Of a stretch of 64,000 nucleotides of DNA, positions 44,743 through 54,317 are shown piece after piece. The position numbers and the translations under genes were made by a program. Position 1 is the stretch's first letter. Each line of letters opens with the position of its first letter. The stretch covers positions 1 to 64,000 of the IMG/VR virus record IMGVR_UViG_3300045116_000678. One strand, written 5' to 3'. The notes under the pieces are model-generated. The model was not told the DNA's origin. It ran no database searches and saw only the letters and a list, made by a program, of their open reading frames with translations. The stretch is from a virus.

Positions 44743-45128
44743 AATGCTGCCCCTCTGAGGTGGAGTACCTGAATCTGCTTGTCGTTCTCTTTCGAGACGT
44801 ACCGAGGAGCCGTACGGCCCCAGTGGCGCGCGGCGACCAGCACCACGGCCGAGACGTCGTCGCGCTTGAGGTACCTCGCGCACTGGCCGAGCGCCTGGCT
44901 CAATGACCCCTTGGTCTTGGCCTCGATGACGATGCCGGTCGGCAACAGGAAGTCGAAGCGGTCGTCAGGGCCTGCCACGAACTCGTGTTGGAACTCCAGG
45001 CCGGCTTCGGTGAGCACCTTGCTGATGCCGCTGTGGAGATCGACCTCGTCCGCAAAGCGGTAGGCGAAGCGCGGCAGTTCTTGCGTCACGCGGCGCAGCA
45101 CGAGAGGATTGGGCTTCAAGGCGGTCAC
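44739..45128 (-). CDS. PD-(D/E)xK nuclease-like protein
   Basis: DRFDFL...IVIEAKTK...QCARY. Confidence 0.65.
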   Translation of the reverse strand: MTALKPNPLVLRRVTQELPRFAYRFADEVDLHSGISKVLTEAGLEFQHEFVAGPDDRFDFLLPTGIVIEAKTKGSLSQALGQCARYLKRDDVSAVVLVAARHWGRTAPRYVSKENDKQIQVLHLRGAAF

Positions 45129-45619
45129 GCGAACACCCCCAGGATCTCGCCTGTCTCAGGGTCCACCTGCACGCGCTCCCAGTCCTCGTAGGTCATGAAG
45201 GTGACGCCGAGCTCCGTGGCGGCGAATGCCGTGACGCGCTCGATCAGGTCGCTGTAGCCCTTCACGCCCAGGTCCTCGGTGCTCACGCGCAGGCGCCGAC
45301 GCACCTTCTTGCCCGTCAACGGGTTCCGGGTCGTGAGGGTCTTGAAGCCCAGGTAGGTGGCGCGGAAGTGCTCCTTCCAGACCTCCATGGAGAACTGCTG
45401 GCCATGCGGCCGCGCCTGGGCGGCGATCGTGCGCAGCACCAGCCCGTGGTAGTACTTCCGCTGGCGATCGGTCTTGGCATCCTCGTGCAGCCGCACCTCG
45501 AGTTCCAGCGCGTGGCCGGCCTCCCACTGCTTCTTGCAGAATGGGGCCAGGGACTGGTTGAGGCTCTGCCGAGCCTGCTCGGCGTCGCGCCAGACCAGAT
45601 GAAGCGCACTGCCGGCCAT
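45125..45619 (-). CDS. NinB/Orf-like recombination protein
   Basis: KTDRQRKYYHG...EVWKEHF...STEDLGVKGYSDLIERV.AFA. Confidence 0.75.
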   Translation of the reverse strand: MAGSALHLVWRDAEQARQSLNQSLAPFCKKQWEAGHALELEVRLHEDAKTDRQRKYYHGLVLRTIAAQARPHGQQFSMEVWKEHFRATYLGFKTLTTRNPLTGKKVRRRLRVSTEDLGVKGYSDLIERVTAFAATELGVTFMTYEDWERVQVDPETGEILGVFA

Positions 45620-45996
45620 CAGCCCTCCCCTCCAGCGTCCACCTGCACCTCGACCGCCCACTGTCCGGCGCGGCCCTGCCGCTGGGCGTACTGCCATTCG
45701 ATGGAAGGATCCGCGTCATCGCGGCCCAGCCAGTGCGCCACGGCGTCCACGGGTGCCTTCAGTGCGCCGCGCAGGTTGTCGTGCTCATCGAGCGGCTGCC
45801 AGGTGCCCGTGGCGCCGGGCGGCGATACGCGCGTCATCAGGACGCGCACGGGCCCCGCTGGCGGGGTGCGCGTCGCCAGCGCCCAGGCGATCGCCGCGCG
45901 CTCTGCCTTGACGCGGCGGTGCCGCACCATGTGATGCTCGCGGGCGTTCTGCCCGTTGGTCGTGCGCAGGGGCACCCTGATGGAGATCGGCGTCAT
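45619..45996 (-). CDS. RusA-like Holliday junction resolvase
   Basis: DEHDNLRGALKAPVDAVA...GRDD. Confidence 0.7.
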   Translation of the reverse strand: MTPISIRVPLRTTNGQNAREHHMVRHRRVKAERAAIAWALATRTPPAGPVRVLMTRVSPPGATGTWQPLDEHDNLRGALKAPVDAVAHWLGRDDADPSIEWQYAQRQGRAGQWAVEVQVDAGGEG

Positions 45997-46283
45997 GCGT
46001 CGGCTGAAAAATGGCGCGGCCTGCGTGCACGGCGGCCGCTGGCCAGCGCGGGCACCTTGCTTGCCGGCTCGGTGAAGGGTTCCGGAACGGCGATGCCGCA
46101 GTCGGCGAGTGCCGCATCCAGGTCCTGCAGCAGCCCACCGAAGTACTCCGGGCACTCGGTCTGCAGCTGGTCGGCTCGCCAGCGGGCGTAGCCGGCGTCC
46201 AGCTCAGCGAACCAGGTGAGGTGCTGCAACTGCGCCGCGCGGGCCGCGGCGGGGTCGATCACTTCAGCTCGCGACACGGTCAT
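45993..46283 (-). CDS. Hypothetical protein
   Basis: ATGA-coupled in the early-right operon. Confidence 0.55.
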   Translation of the reverse strand: MTVSRAEVIDPAAARAAQLQHLTWFAELDAGYARWRADQLQTECPEYFGGLLQDLDAALADCGIAVPEPFTEPASKVPALASGRRARRPRHFSADA

Positions 46284-46732
46284 GCTGCGACGGCCTCCAG
46301 CAACCCTTCGAAGTCGTGCCAGCGGACGTCGCCGCGGCGCAACTTCAGGTCGAGCTCGCAAGCCGCGTCGATCACGCTGCGGCGCTGCAACGCGGGCAGC
46401 AGCCGCTCGCAGGCGTCAAGGCCGGCGGCGATCGATGCGCGCCGCTCGGGCGTGATGGTGGCCACCTCGGCCTGCTCGTAGAGGGCGTTCGCCGCGCCGC
46501 GAAGGATCCGCAGCTCGGGCTGCTCGTGATCGACGCCATCCCGCACGGCCGCGCCGAGGATCACCCAGAAGATGCGTCCGGCGGCGTTCACGAAGGCGTG
46601 GCCGTCGTCGCCCATGATCGCGTGGATCTGCGCGCGCACGCCGTCGTCGCGCCAGTTCTTCTCGATGAGCGCGCGGGCGATGAGGCCGACGCCGGCCGGC
46701 GCACGCCCGAAGGTTCGAGCCTGGCGCTTCAT
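46280..46732 (-). CDS. Hypothetical protein
   Basis: ATGA-coupled; MKRQARTF start. Confidence 0.65.
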   Translation of the reverse strand: MKRQARTFGRAPAGVGLIARALIEKNWRDDGVRAQIHAIMGDDGHAFVNAAGRIFWVILGAAVRDGVDHEQPELRILRGAANALYEQAEVATITPERRASIAAGLDACERLLPALQRRSVIDAACELDLKLRRGDVRWHDFEGLLEAVAA

Positions 46733-46902
46733 ATGCGGGCTCCCCGCCGGGGCAGGCCTGCAAAGGTCGTGGCGCGTTTGCGCGGCCGCACTGCGTGCGT
46801 CAGGTCGCCCGTGGTCTGCAGCGCGGTGATGATGGCGTGCTCCGGCACGTAGCGCCCGCGGCGCACGGCGTTCAGCAGCTGGTTGGCCTGTTGGCGGGTC
46901 AT
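46729..46902 (-). CDS. Small hypothetical protein
   Basis: MTRQQANQLLNAVRRG...ITALQTTGDL; coupled. Confidence 0.55.
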   Translation of the reverse strand: MTRQQANQLLNAVRRGRYVPEHAIITALQTTGDLTHAVRPRKRATTFAGLPRRGARI

Positions 46903-47117
46903 GCTGTCTCGGGTTCGGGGTGGAAGGCGGTGTCGTTGGCGGCGGCCGCTGCGGCGAAGTGCTCGGCACACACGGCCAGCCGGGCGCGGTGCATGTCGGC
47001 GTAGCGCGCGAGGTGGGCGCGGCCCTCTGCGGGCAGCACCGCGCGAGCGACGTTGTTGGCCGTCATCAGTTCGCGCTGGGCATCCACGGCCATGGCCGCC
47101 ACGTCGGTGAGCTTCAT
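46899..47117 (-). CDS. Small hypothetical protein
   Basis: AGGAG SD; ATGA overlap. Confidence 0.6.
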   Translation of the reverse strand: MKLTDVAAMAVDAQRELMTANNVARAVLPAEGRAHLARYADMHRARLAVCAEHFAAAAAANDTAFHPEPETA

Positions 47118-48055
47118 GCGGGTACTCCTTGGCGTTGTTCCACCGCCTGCCGCACACGGGCCGTGTACTGGGCGAAGGTCTCGCGGTTGGCGCTGAGGTC
47201 GTGCTCGTTCCAGCGACCCAGGCCGAGCTCGTCACCCTTGGCCTCGATGCTGGTGCGCGTGTCGTCCCAGGGCTTCTGCGGCATGCCGGCGCCGGCGGCG
47301 ATGGCTGTGGCCTCGCCCAACTGCCGCTTCACGATGCCCAGCAGGTAGGCCATGCCCTTCGGCGGCGTGGCCTTCACGCACGTCTCGGCGGCGGCCTCGA
47401 ACACCTCCACCGGCACGCCCTTGTCGATGAGGGCCTGCAGCTCGGGATGGCTCGGGTTCACGCCGGTGACGCCCTTGGCCTTGATCGCCCGGCAGATCTC
47501 TCCGGCTTTCGTCGGCGTAGCCGAAACACCCCCACCCAGCGGCGGTAGATCTTTGTGGGGGGTATCTACTTGGGTATTGGTTCCGGTTCCGGTTCCGGTT
47601 CCGGTGTCGGGCACCCCGGGTGACTCCGGCTGGTGTCCTGTCGTTGTCCCGCGGGACACGGGCGGGACGGCGGCAGGCTTCCCACGGTTTCGGCTGCGGC
47701 GTTCCGACTCCTTCCGGCGGTACGCCAGCATCTCGTGCACGCGCTCCGCGAGGGTGTCGTGATAGAGGCGGCCGTCCTCCGCCAGCCACCAGCCGCGCAT
47801 CATCACCTCGCGCATGGTGTTCCACGCCCTGACAGGGATGCGGCACTTCGCGCGGATGACGGCCTCGTCGTTCGGCAGCGAGCCGCACGGCACCTGCGTC
47901 CAGGCGACCATCCACATCATGAGCAGCGCGTGCTGCGCCATAGGGACTTCTGCCGCCAGATCCCAGGTGTCGGACTGCTCCACTCGCTCGTAGTCGAGTT
48001 CGAAGCGCCAGCCCTTCGCGCGGGTGTCAGCGGGATATGGAACGGGGCGCGTCAC
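47114..48055 (-). CDS. Replication initiator-like protein (YdaU/DUF1376-like N-terminus)
   Basis: PYPADTRAKGWRF...WTQVPCGSLPND...DGRLYH; TGTGTG linker. Confidence 0.7.
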   Translation of the reverse strand: MTRPVPYPADTRAKGWRFELDYERVEQSDTWDLAAEVPMAQHALLMMWMVAWTQVPCGSLPNDEAVIRAKCRIPVRAWNTMREVMMRGWWLAEDGRLYHDTLAERVHEMLAYRRKESERRSRNRGKPAAVPPVSRGTTTGHQPESPGVPDTGTGTGTGTNTQVDTPHKDLPPLGGGVSATPTKAGEICRAIKAKGVTGVNPSHPELQALIDKGVPVEVFEAAAETCVKATPPKGMAYLLGIVKRQLGEATAIAAGAGMPQKPWDDTRTSIEAKGDELGLGRWNEHDLSANRETFAQYTARVRQAVEQRQGVPA

Positions 48056-48056
48056 A

Positions 48057-48935
48057 TCAGTCCCCACAGAAGCACGGCAGGGCTTCCTGCTCTGGATCGA
48101 ACATATCCACTTGCTCGGTGGCGAAGCGCGCAAGTTCGGCGTAGCTCGGGCCGTCCTTCGTGAATCTGGCTGCCCGGCTCGACTTCGGCTCCTTGCTCTT
48201 AGTCTCGGCCTCCATACGGGCCCACCAGACGACCCGACCAGGTCGCTCGGCAATGAGGCTCAGTCGCTGCGCCGGAGGCTTGAGGAAGCAGAGGTCGCAG
48301 TTCCCGGCCAGCGTCCGCCCGTTTAGCGAAATCAGCTCAAGGTTGAAGGGCTGGGCCGCCCAGAACTCGCCTACGTCGCCAACGGCGATGCCGGCATCGG
48401 CCAGCGGGATGCACATCGTTTCCCTGGAGTTTTCGGTCGACGCTCCACGGTTTCTGATCTTGGCGACTCGGCGCTGCTCATCGGCGCGGATCCCGATGAA
48501 CTGGTCCCAGCCGTCTGCCAGGTCCCACCAACCGAGGGACTTCAGGTAGCGGTGCATCGTGCGGATCTTGAGTTCGACGGTGCAGAAGCGGGTGACCGGG
48601 TTGGGCAGGAAACTGCGTGCGCGGATGAGCGCCTCGAATGGCTCGCCATCACGGCTTGCGGTGTCGAAGTCCACCACCTCGAAGCGGTGCTCTCCCTCTG
48701 CGTGGCGGTACTCGAGCCAGACGATGGTGATGCCCCATCGCCGCCCGCATTCGCGGACGAATCGCAAGGTGGCCTCGTCCTCCCGGCCGGTGTTGGCGAA
48801 ACACACGATCAGCCACCGTTCGATGTCCTCGCGCGTGTTCGCCTGCAGCACCCGCCACAACATGTAGGCACTGGTGCGCCCGCCGCTAAAACTAAGGCAG
48901 GTGGGGCCGGTCAGCTTGAATGGGTCGAGACTCAA
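48057..48935 (-). CDS. PAPS-reductase/PP-loop family protein
   Basis: SFSGGRTSAYM, FANTGRED, RFCTVELK, IGIRADE, GNCDLCFLK, C-terminal CFCGD. Confidence 0.85.
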   Translation of the reverse strand: MSLDPFKLTGPTCLSFSGGRTSAYMLWRVLQANTREDIERWLIVCFANTGREDEATLRFVRECGRRWGITIVWLEYRHAEGEHRFEVVDFDTASRDGEPFEALIRARSFLPNPVTRFCTVELKIRTMHRYLKSLGWWDLADGWDQFIGIRADEQRRVAKIRNRGASTENSRETMCIPLADAGIAVGDVGEFWAAQPFNLELISLNGRTLAGNCDLCFLKPPAQRLSLIAERPGRVVWWARMEAETKSKEPKSSRAARFTKDGPSYAELARFATEQVDMFDPEQEALPCFCGD

Positions 48936-49450
48936 GAAGGCTCCCCCAGATACTCGCGCCACGGCACAACAGTGCCGTCAACCTTGAACCCCCAGCCGCG
49001 CGAAGGGCCCCAGGTGAAAAAGAGCGTGTAGACGCCCTGTGGCGGCACGTAGTCGATCCGGTGGAACGTGTCGATGGACAGGGCCACGGTGTCGCCGGCC
49101 TTCCGGAGGCGCACACCGTCGAACTCCTCCCGGCGCTGCTCGCCATAGAAGTGCATCAGGATGCACGAGCGGGACGGCCACGGGTGGCCGTGCTCGTGTT
49201 CATCGTCGTCGGCGCGCAGGATCTTGTGGATGCGCATGCTTGGCAACTTGGGCCAGCGGGCTGGGGTCTGATCGCCGTTTTTGTCCTTGCCGTAGCCGTT
49301 GAAAAGCCAGTACCGCTCCATGTAGGTGCTGGAACCGTCGCGCGATGTGATGTGCGTATACGGCGTGCGCTGGGCGCGGCGGATCAAGTAGGCGGCCACC
49401 GGCCGGCGGGAGACGATGAAGGCGGCGCACCGCCAGAGAAGGGTTTTCAT
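48932..49450 (-). CDS. Cupin-like protein
   Basis: IHKILRADDDEHEHGHPW...FHRI...YTLFFT. Confidence 0.6.
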   Translation of the reverse strand: MKTLLWRCAAFIVSRRPVAAYLIRRAQRTPYTHITSRDGSSTYMERYWLFNGYGKDKNGDQTPARWPKLPSMRIHKILRADDDEHEHGHPWPSRSCILMHFYGEQRREEFDGVRLRKAGDTVALSIDTFHRIDYVPPQGVYTLFFTWGPSRGWGFKVDGTVVPWREYLGEPS

Positions 49451-51078
49451 TGCTTGGTGAGCTTCATAAGGACCACGTCCACAGCGGTGCCGTCGAACTG
49501 GTTGGCGAGCACGGGGGACCACTCCATGGCGCCCGCAAGGAACCTCTTTCCGCGGGCCGACGCGGGCAGGACGGCCACCAGCACGCCACCAGGTGCCAGC
49601 AGCGATGCCGCGAGCTCCGTGTGCAACTTCCAGCGGCCTTCGGAGAACGGCGGGTTCATCACGATGCGGTCATAGCGCGGGCCGCAGGGCCAGTGGTGGT
49701 CGGCCCACAGCAGAAAGTCCGCCTCGATGACGTTGAAGCCCTTGGCGCGCAGGATCTGGCAATGCAGCGGCGCGATCTCCACGCAGGTGAGACGATCCTT
49801 GGGCAACAGGTCGGCGAGCCCGCCCTGCCCTGCGCTGGGCTCAAGGACGGTGTGATCCGGCGCGATCTGGGCCAGCTCGACAGCCGCCTGCGCCACGGCA
49901 GTGGGCGTGGGGTAGTACTGGTGCGCCTGCTGATCGGGAATGCACCCCGTGGCGACGATGGAGGCGATTGACTCGCCGGCGTTGTATGGAAACTGCCAGT
50001 AATGCGACACCGGGGCACCGCCGATGGCGCGAAGCACCTCTTCGGCCTGCTTGCGCGCGGCCTTCTCGCCCTCGCCATAGTGGAATTGAAGCGCCATTGG
50101 CACGTCGCGGTACCGCTCCGGCCACGCGCCAGGCAGACGCTCGCGGACCTGGCGCATGCCCGACAGCAGTTCAAGGACCGCGAACGGCAGAGGCCGGCCC
50201 ATCATCACCCAAGCCTTTGGCTTGCTCTTCGGCTTTGTGCGGAACTCCGCTGGAATAGCCAGCGGGTAAAGGTGCGCCAGGACCTGGTTGAGCCGGTAGG
50301 CCATGTCCGGGTGCACCTCGAGGTGCGCGGTGCCGACCTTGTAGACCCGGATGCGTAGCGCTCCGGCGTCCAGGTTCAGCCATTTGCCATGCTCCCGCCG
50401 CGCCCGGTCCACCACGACTGAGGTGCTGTTCCAGCGCGGGGCATCGCGGCCCATGAACTTCGCGATGACGGCCCGCAAATCGTTGATGATGCCCGCGCGG
50501 CTGTGGTCCACCGAGCCGTAGCTGCTGACCACATAGGACAGGATCATTCGGCGGTTGAATCCCTCCGGCGCATTGGTGACGTGCGTGTGAGACAGAGCGC
50601 GAAAGATCCCGTCGACCCGCTCGGCGAAGAACTGGGCTCGCATATTCAGCAAGTCGCCGATCGTGGCGCGTACGGTGGCCGCCTCGAACTCGGGCGTCTC
50701 CCGCTTCATGATCTGCTCGTTCCACTCGTCACGGCGCTTCTGCGGCATTGCGTCCAGCACGTCGGTCAAAGCGAGAGCCTTGGACCAGTAGGCCGCGTTC
50801 AAAGCCGAGATGGCCCCCTCGGGGTCGAACAGCTGCCGGGCCGACGATTCGAGCGAGATGCGGCCGCGGTCGTCGGTGCGGTTGCCTTCCAGGAAGTAGT
50901 GCAGCACGCTGTTGTGCGCCTCACCCTTCATGAACGCTGACACCTCGCTGATGCGCGCGCGGTGGTGCTGGTAGGCGCCAAGCAATGGCTCCAGCGCATC
51001 GGTGGTCGTCGGTGCGAAGAACGTACTGTCCGACACGAACTCACCGGTTTCGGCTTCGACTGTTGCAACGGCAGTCAT
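49447..51078 (-). CDS. DUF4942-like domain plus adenine DNA methyltransferase
   Basis: YYPTP, VLEPSAGQG, YDRIVMNPPF; ATG 51078 with GGAGG SD. Confidence 0.85.
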   Translation of the reverse strand: MTAVATVEAETGEFVSDSTFFAPTTTDALEPLLGAYQHHRARISEVSAFMKGEAHNSVLHYFLEGNRTDDRGRISLESSARQLFDPEGAISALNAAYWSKALALTDVLDAMPQKRRDEWNEQIMKRETPEFEAATVRATIGDLLNMRAQFFAERVDGIFRALSHTHVTNAPEGFNRRMILSYVVSSYGSVDHSRAGIINDLRAVIAKFMGRDAPRWNSTSVVVDRARREHGKWLNLDAGALRIRVYKVGTAHLEVHPDMAYRLNQVLAHLYPLAIPAEFRTKPKSKPKAWVMMGRPLPFAVLELLSGMRQVRERLPGAWPERYRDVPMALQFHYGEGEKAARKQAEEVLRAIGGAPVSHYWQFPYNAGESIASIVATGCIPDQQAHQYYPTPTAVAQAAVELAQIAPDHTVLEPSAGQGGLADLLPKDRLTCVEIAPLHCQILRAKGFNVIEADFLLWADHHWPCGPRYDRIVMNPPFSEGRWKLHTELAASLLAPGGVLVAVLPASARGKRFLAGAMEWSPVLANQFDGTAVDVVLMKLTKQ

Positions 51079-51839
51079 GCGGCCTCCAGGAGCAGCGACG
51101 GCTGCCGCAGGCGCTCGGCCTGCATGCGTTTGCAGTCTGGGTTGAGCTCGCACGCCGCCCACTGCATGCCCAGCATCTCGGCGGCAATGCCCGTGGACAG
51201 GGAGCCGGCGAACGGGTCGATCACGACGCCGCCCGGCGGCACGCTGTACCGCAGCAGCGGCGCCAGGATGCCGAGCGGCTTCTGGGTCGGGTGGACCGCG
51301 CTGCCGTGCTCGTTCGGCACGAACAAGACGCTGGTGGCCAGCTTCGGGCCGCCGTTCTCGCTGACATAGCTGCTCGCGTCGCCGCACGCGATCGCGCGCG
51401 TGTGCGTGGGCTTGGTCTTGCGGCGCACCGTCTTGGCCACGGCGTCAAGCGTGAACTGCGGCTGGTGGTACACCTCGGCCCAGGCGCCGCGGTAGAACAT
51501 GACAGCGTGCTCGTGGACGCGGCGGAAGCGGTCGGCGTGAAAGCCTGTGCCGTTCTGCTTCTCCCACACTACATCCTGGCTGTAGCGAAAGCCGTGTGCC
51601 TCCATCTCTGCGAAGACGGTGGCGAGGTAGCGCATGGAGCCGAAGACCCAGACCGACGCCGCCGGCTTCAGGACGCGCGCAACGTGCGCCATCCAGCCAT
51701 CGCAGCGGCGATCCCACTCCAACGACGTGTCGCCGTAGGGCGGGTCGGTGACGCAGGCGTCGGCCGAGGCGTCTGGCCATGAAGCCATGAGCTCGCGGCA
51801 GTCGCCCCATTGGCAGCGGTTGAGCCATTGCTCCATCAC
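51075..51839 (-). CDS. N6-adenine/N4-cytosine DNA methyltransferase (beta class)
   Basis: VTDPPY, HPTQKP, IDPFAGS. Confidence 0.9.
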   Translation of the reverse strand: MMEQWLNRCQWGDCRELMASWPDASADACVTDPPYGDTSLEWDRRCDGWMAHVARVLKPAASVWVFGSMRYLATVFAEMEAHGFRYSQDVVWEKQNGTGFHADRFRRVHEHAVMFYRGAWAEVYHQPQFTLDAVAKTVRRKTKPTHTRAIACGDASSYVSENGGPKLATSVLFVPNEHGSAVHPTQKPLGILAPLLRYSVPPGGVVIDPFAGSLSTGIAAEMLGMQWAACELNPDCKRMQAERLRQPSLLLEAA

Positions 51840-52198
51840 GCAGCCTCCCGACGACGGCGCACGGCCTTGGTCTCGCGGAACTCGAACAGCGCAGCGTGGT
51901 CAGGATGGGCGAGCGCGAACAGGCGTGCCAGGTACGGCGTGTGCCAGTCGTTCAGCTTCCACGGCCCGGAGGCCTCCGCCAGCGCCGAGTTGTGGCGCAG
52001 CACCTCGATGATGGTGCGCGCGCTGTAGTGCTGGAAGCCGCGGGCGACGACGCGCAGCGCCTCGCGCTCGAAGGCCACCCACACATGGCGATTGGGCGGC
52101 AGGTAGGCCAGGAACTCGGGGGTGAACATCTCGGCGTTGCGGTGCGCCAGCACCACGGCGTCGACGCGGCCGAAGTCGGAACTGTTTGCAGCGCTCAC
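51836..52198 (-). CDS. Hypothetical phage protein
   Basis: YSARTIIEVLRH...KLND..TPYLARLF. Confidence 0.7.
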   Translation of the reverse strand: MSAANSSDFGRVDAVVLAHRNAEMFTPEFLAYLPPNRHVWVAFEREALRVVARGFQHYSARTIIEVLRHNSALAEASGPWKLNDWHTPYLARLFALAHPDHAALFEFRETKAVRRRREAA

Positions 52199-52503
52199 GC
52201 CCCCGCCCTTTCCGATTCGGGGCCCTGAAAAGGCCCTGTCAGCGAGCGGAGAGCTTCGATACGCTTCTCCTCATGCATCAACTTCTCAGCGGCCATCGCG
52301 CGCCACGTCTTGCCGTAGCAGGTGAGGTAGACGAAGTCGCGCAGCAGCGTGGACGGGTCGGTACCGCTCATGGAGCAGTGCTGCCGGAATACCTGGTCAG
52401 TCGACTCGTCGACCTTGGTCTTCAGGTCTTCGGTCAGCTTCCCGAGCGGCCCGGCGATGCCTCGGGCGAAGGCCGGTTCATCGTTCTGGTCGATGGTGGA
52501 CAT
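52195..52503 (-). CDS. CII-like/ribbon-helix-helix regulator
   Basis: GKLTEDLKTKVDE...STLLRDFV; position after cro. Confidence 0.6.
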   Translation of the reverse strand: MSTIDQNDEPAFARGIAGPLGKLTEDLKTKVDESTDQVFRQHCSMSGTDPSTLLRDFVYLTCYGKTWRAMAAEKLMHEEKRIEALRSLTGPFQGPESERAGA

Positions 52504-52530
52504 TTCGAGCTCGTGGTGGGTATGAAGTGG

Positions 52531-52710
52531 TCAGCAGACCGGCTGCAGCTCGGCGGCGCGCTCGCGGAAGGCGTCGACGAAGACGGCATGGCGCCAGCAG
52601 TCGGGCGCAAACGGGTTGGCGTGCTCCACGGTTTCACCGCGATCGGCGGCACTGGCCGCCAGTTCGGCGACCTGAGCGTGACTGAGGGTTGTGAGGGGCT
52701 GGACGTGCAT
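52531..52710 (-). CDS. Small hypothetical protein
   Basis: MHVQPL...ANPF; within the early-right operon. Confidence 0.5.
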   Translation of the reverse strand: MHVQPLTTLSHAQVAELAASAADRGETVEHANPFAPDCWRHAVFVDAFRERAAELQPVC

Positions 52711-52806
52711 CAGCTGAACTTCGGTTGGCGGTGACGGTGGGGAGCCCGCGCCCTCGCGGGGTAGATTCCGGTCACCACAACACGGACCCCGCGAGGGGCG
52801 GACGAA

Positions 52807-53052
52807 ATGAATGCCAAGCCCGACCTGGCGGCGATGGAGCGGACCGTGGAATTCCTGATGGCGCAGTCGCTCGCGATGAGCGCAGTGATCCGCGTGCTCA
52901 CGGCGAACCACCCGAATCCGCCCGCACTCCAGCAGGCCGCACCGCGGGCGCTGGAATACCTGCGCACGCAGCTCCTGCAGTCACCGTTTTCGGACGCGAC
53001 GAATCAGCGTGCGGAGGAAACGCTGCAAGCCCTGCTTGGAATGCCGCGCTGA
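52807..53052 (+). CDS. Small hypothetical protein, antisense to the early-right operon
   Basis: 81-aa helical ORF preceded by a 12-bp inverted repeat. Confidence 0.5.
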   Translation: MNAKPDLAAMERTVEFLMAQSLAMSAVIRVLTANHPNPPALQQAAPRALEYLRTQLLQSPFSDATNQRAEETLQALLGMPR

Positions 53053-53180
53053 CGCCGAGCAGCGCGCGCGTAACGGCGGCGCTTCGCTCGATCCGCTGGG
53101 CAGCCTTGCCTACCGCCGTCTTGCTCGCAATGCGCGGGCGCAGCTGCCTCGCCAAGTGCCAAGACACGTGGTGGTTCATG

Positions 53181-53471
53181 TCAGGCTGCCTCCTTCGCGG
53201 CGGCAGCGAAGTCCAGCACCGGCCTGCCCTTCGGGTTGGGCCAGTTCTTGTCGGGGATGCGGCGCCAAGGTTCACTTGGGCGCAACTCCTCGCACGTCAC
53301 CGCGCCGAAGGTGGCTTGCTCGATAGCAACGCTGTATTCAGGGCTAGGCAGCCGGTCCGCATAGCCGTGTTGCCACTGCCTGACTTGCGCGTCGCTTTTG
53401 GCGCCGATTGCCTGGCGCAGGTCGGCGACTGTCCGCGCGCCGTCGCTTTTGAGGGATTCGTCGAGTCGCAT
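53181..53471 (-). CDS. cro: Cro/YdaS-like repressor
   Basis: HTH AQVRQW...AIEQATFGAVTCEELRP; divergent from CI. Confidence 0.8.
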   Translation of the reverse strand: MRLDESLKSDGARTVADLRQAIGAKSDAQVRQWQHGYADRLPSPEYSVAIEQATFGAVTCEELRPSEPWRRIPDKNWPNPKGRPVLDFAAAAKEAA

Positions 53472-53486
53472 AATGACCCGAAGATA

Positions 53487-53536
53487 TAGCATTTGCTACA
53501 TGGAAGCAATAGCTATCGCTAGTGTAGCAACTGCTA
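53487..53536. promoter_or_regulatory. Right operator: three TAGC-N4-GCTA sites
   Basis: 53487-53498, 53510-53521, 53525-53536. Confidence 0.8.
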
Positions 53537-53546
53537 CTGTTGCTCC

Positions 53547-54239
53547 ATGAACGACGACCTCATGGATTGGCGAAGAGAGCGCTTGCAGGCCGCGTCAGAT
53601 AAGGCTGGCGGCGATGCAGAGTTGGGGCGAATGCTTGGCCACAAATCTGGGGCCCAGATCGGCCACATGCTTTTGGGACGCCGCCCGGTGACCGAGAAGA
53701 CCATTCAAAAGGTTGAAGGCTTACGGGGTTTCGCCGGCTGGTTCGGATCGACTCAACTTGTTCAGACGGCCAAACAAGCTGCATCTGTCAACACCCCGTT
53801 CCTACCGGGTTTTGAGCCACTGAGCATTCCCCTCTTGGCCAACTCAGGCAGCATGGGGCCTGGCAGCGATCAGCTGCACGATGAGGTGGTCATCGGGCGC
53901 CTCACGGTGTCGCCGGACTGGGCACTCCGCGTCGTGAAGCCGACGAAGCTGGAGCATTTGCGCTTCATCCACGGGTATGGCGATTCGATGGAGCCCACCT
54001 TCACGGATGGTGATGTACTCCTCGTGGACCTAGGCGTGCGCGACCCAAAGATCGACGGCGTCTATGTGCTCGAAGCCAATGACCGCATCTACATCAAGCG
54101 GGTGCGAGAACGCCTGGACGGCACACTCGAAATCAGCAGCGACAACCCGACGGTGAAAACTGTCGATGTGCTCGACGGGTCGACACAGGTAACTGTCCAT
54201 GGTCGCGTGGTCTGGCGCTGGAACGGAAAGAAGATGTGA
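53547..54239 (+). CDS. cI: CI-like repressor (HTH plus S24 autopeptidase)
   Basis: SMG, GDSMEPTFTDGD, YIKRV, GRVVW. Confidence 0.9.
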   Translation: MNDDLMDWRRERLQAASDKAGGDAELGRMLGHKSGAQIGHMLLGRRPVTEKTIQKVEGLRGFAGWFGSTQLVQTAKQAASVNTPFLPGFEPLSIPLLANSGSMGPGSDQLHDEVVIGRLTVSPDWALRVVKPTKLEHLRFIHGYGDSMEPTFTDGDVLLVDLGVRDPKIDGVYVLEANDRIYIKRVRERLDGTLEISSDNPTVKTVDVLDGSTQVTVHGRVVWRWNGKKM

Positions 54240-54317
54240 TGCGAGCACTTCGCTGTACGGTCGGGGTTTGGTGATCGCAGAGCACCCGCCGGACTCCTTC
54301 CCCCTCCTAATCGTCTG

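Noticed and set aside
47577-47606. Tandem (TTCCGG)n repeat as origin iterons or a phase-variable tract
   Set aside because: It is an in-frame 6-mer encoding the TGTGTG linker common in such initiators.
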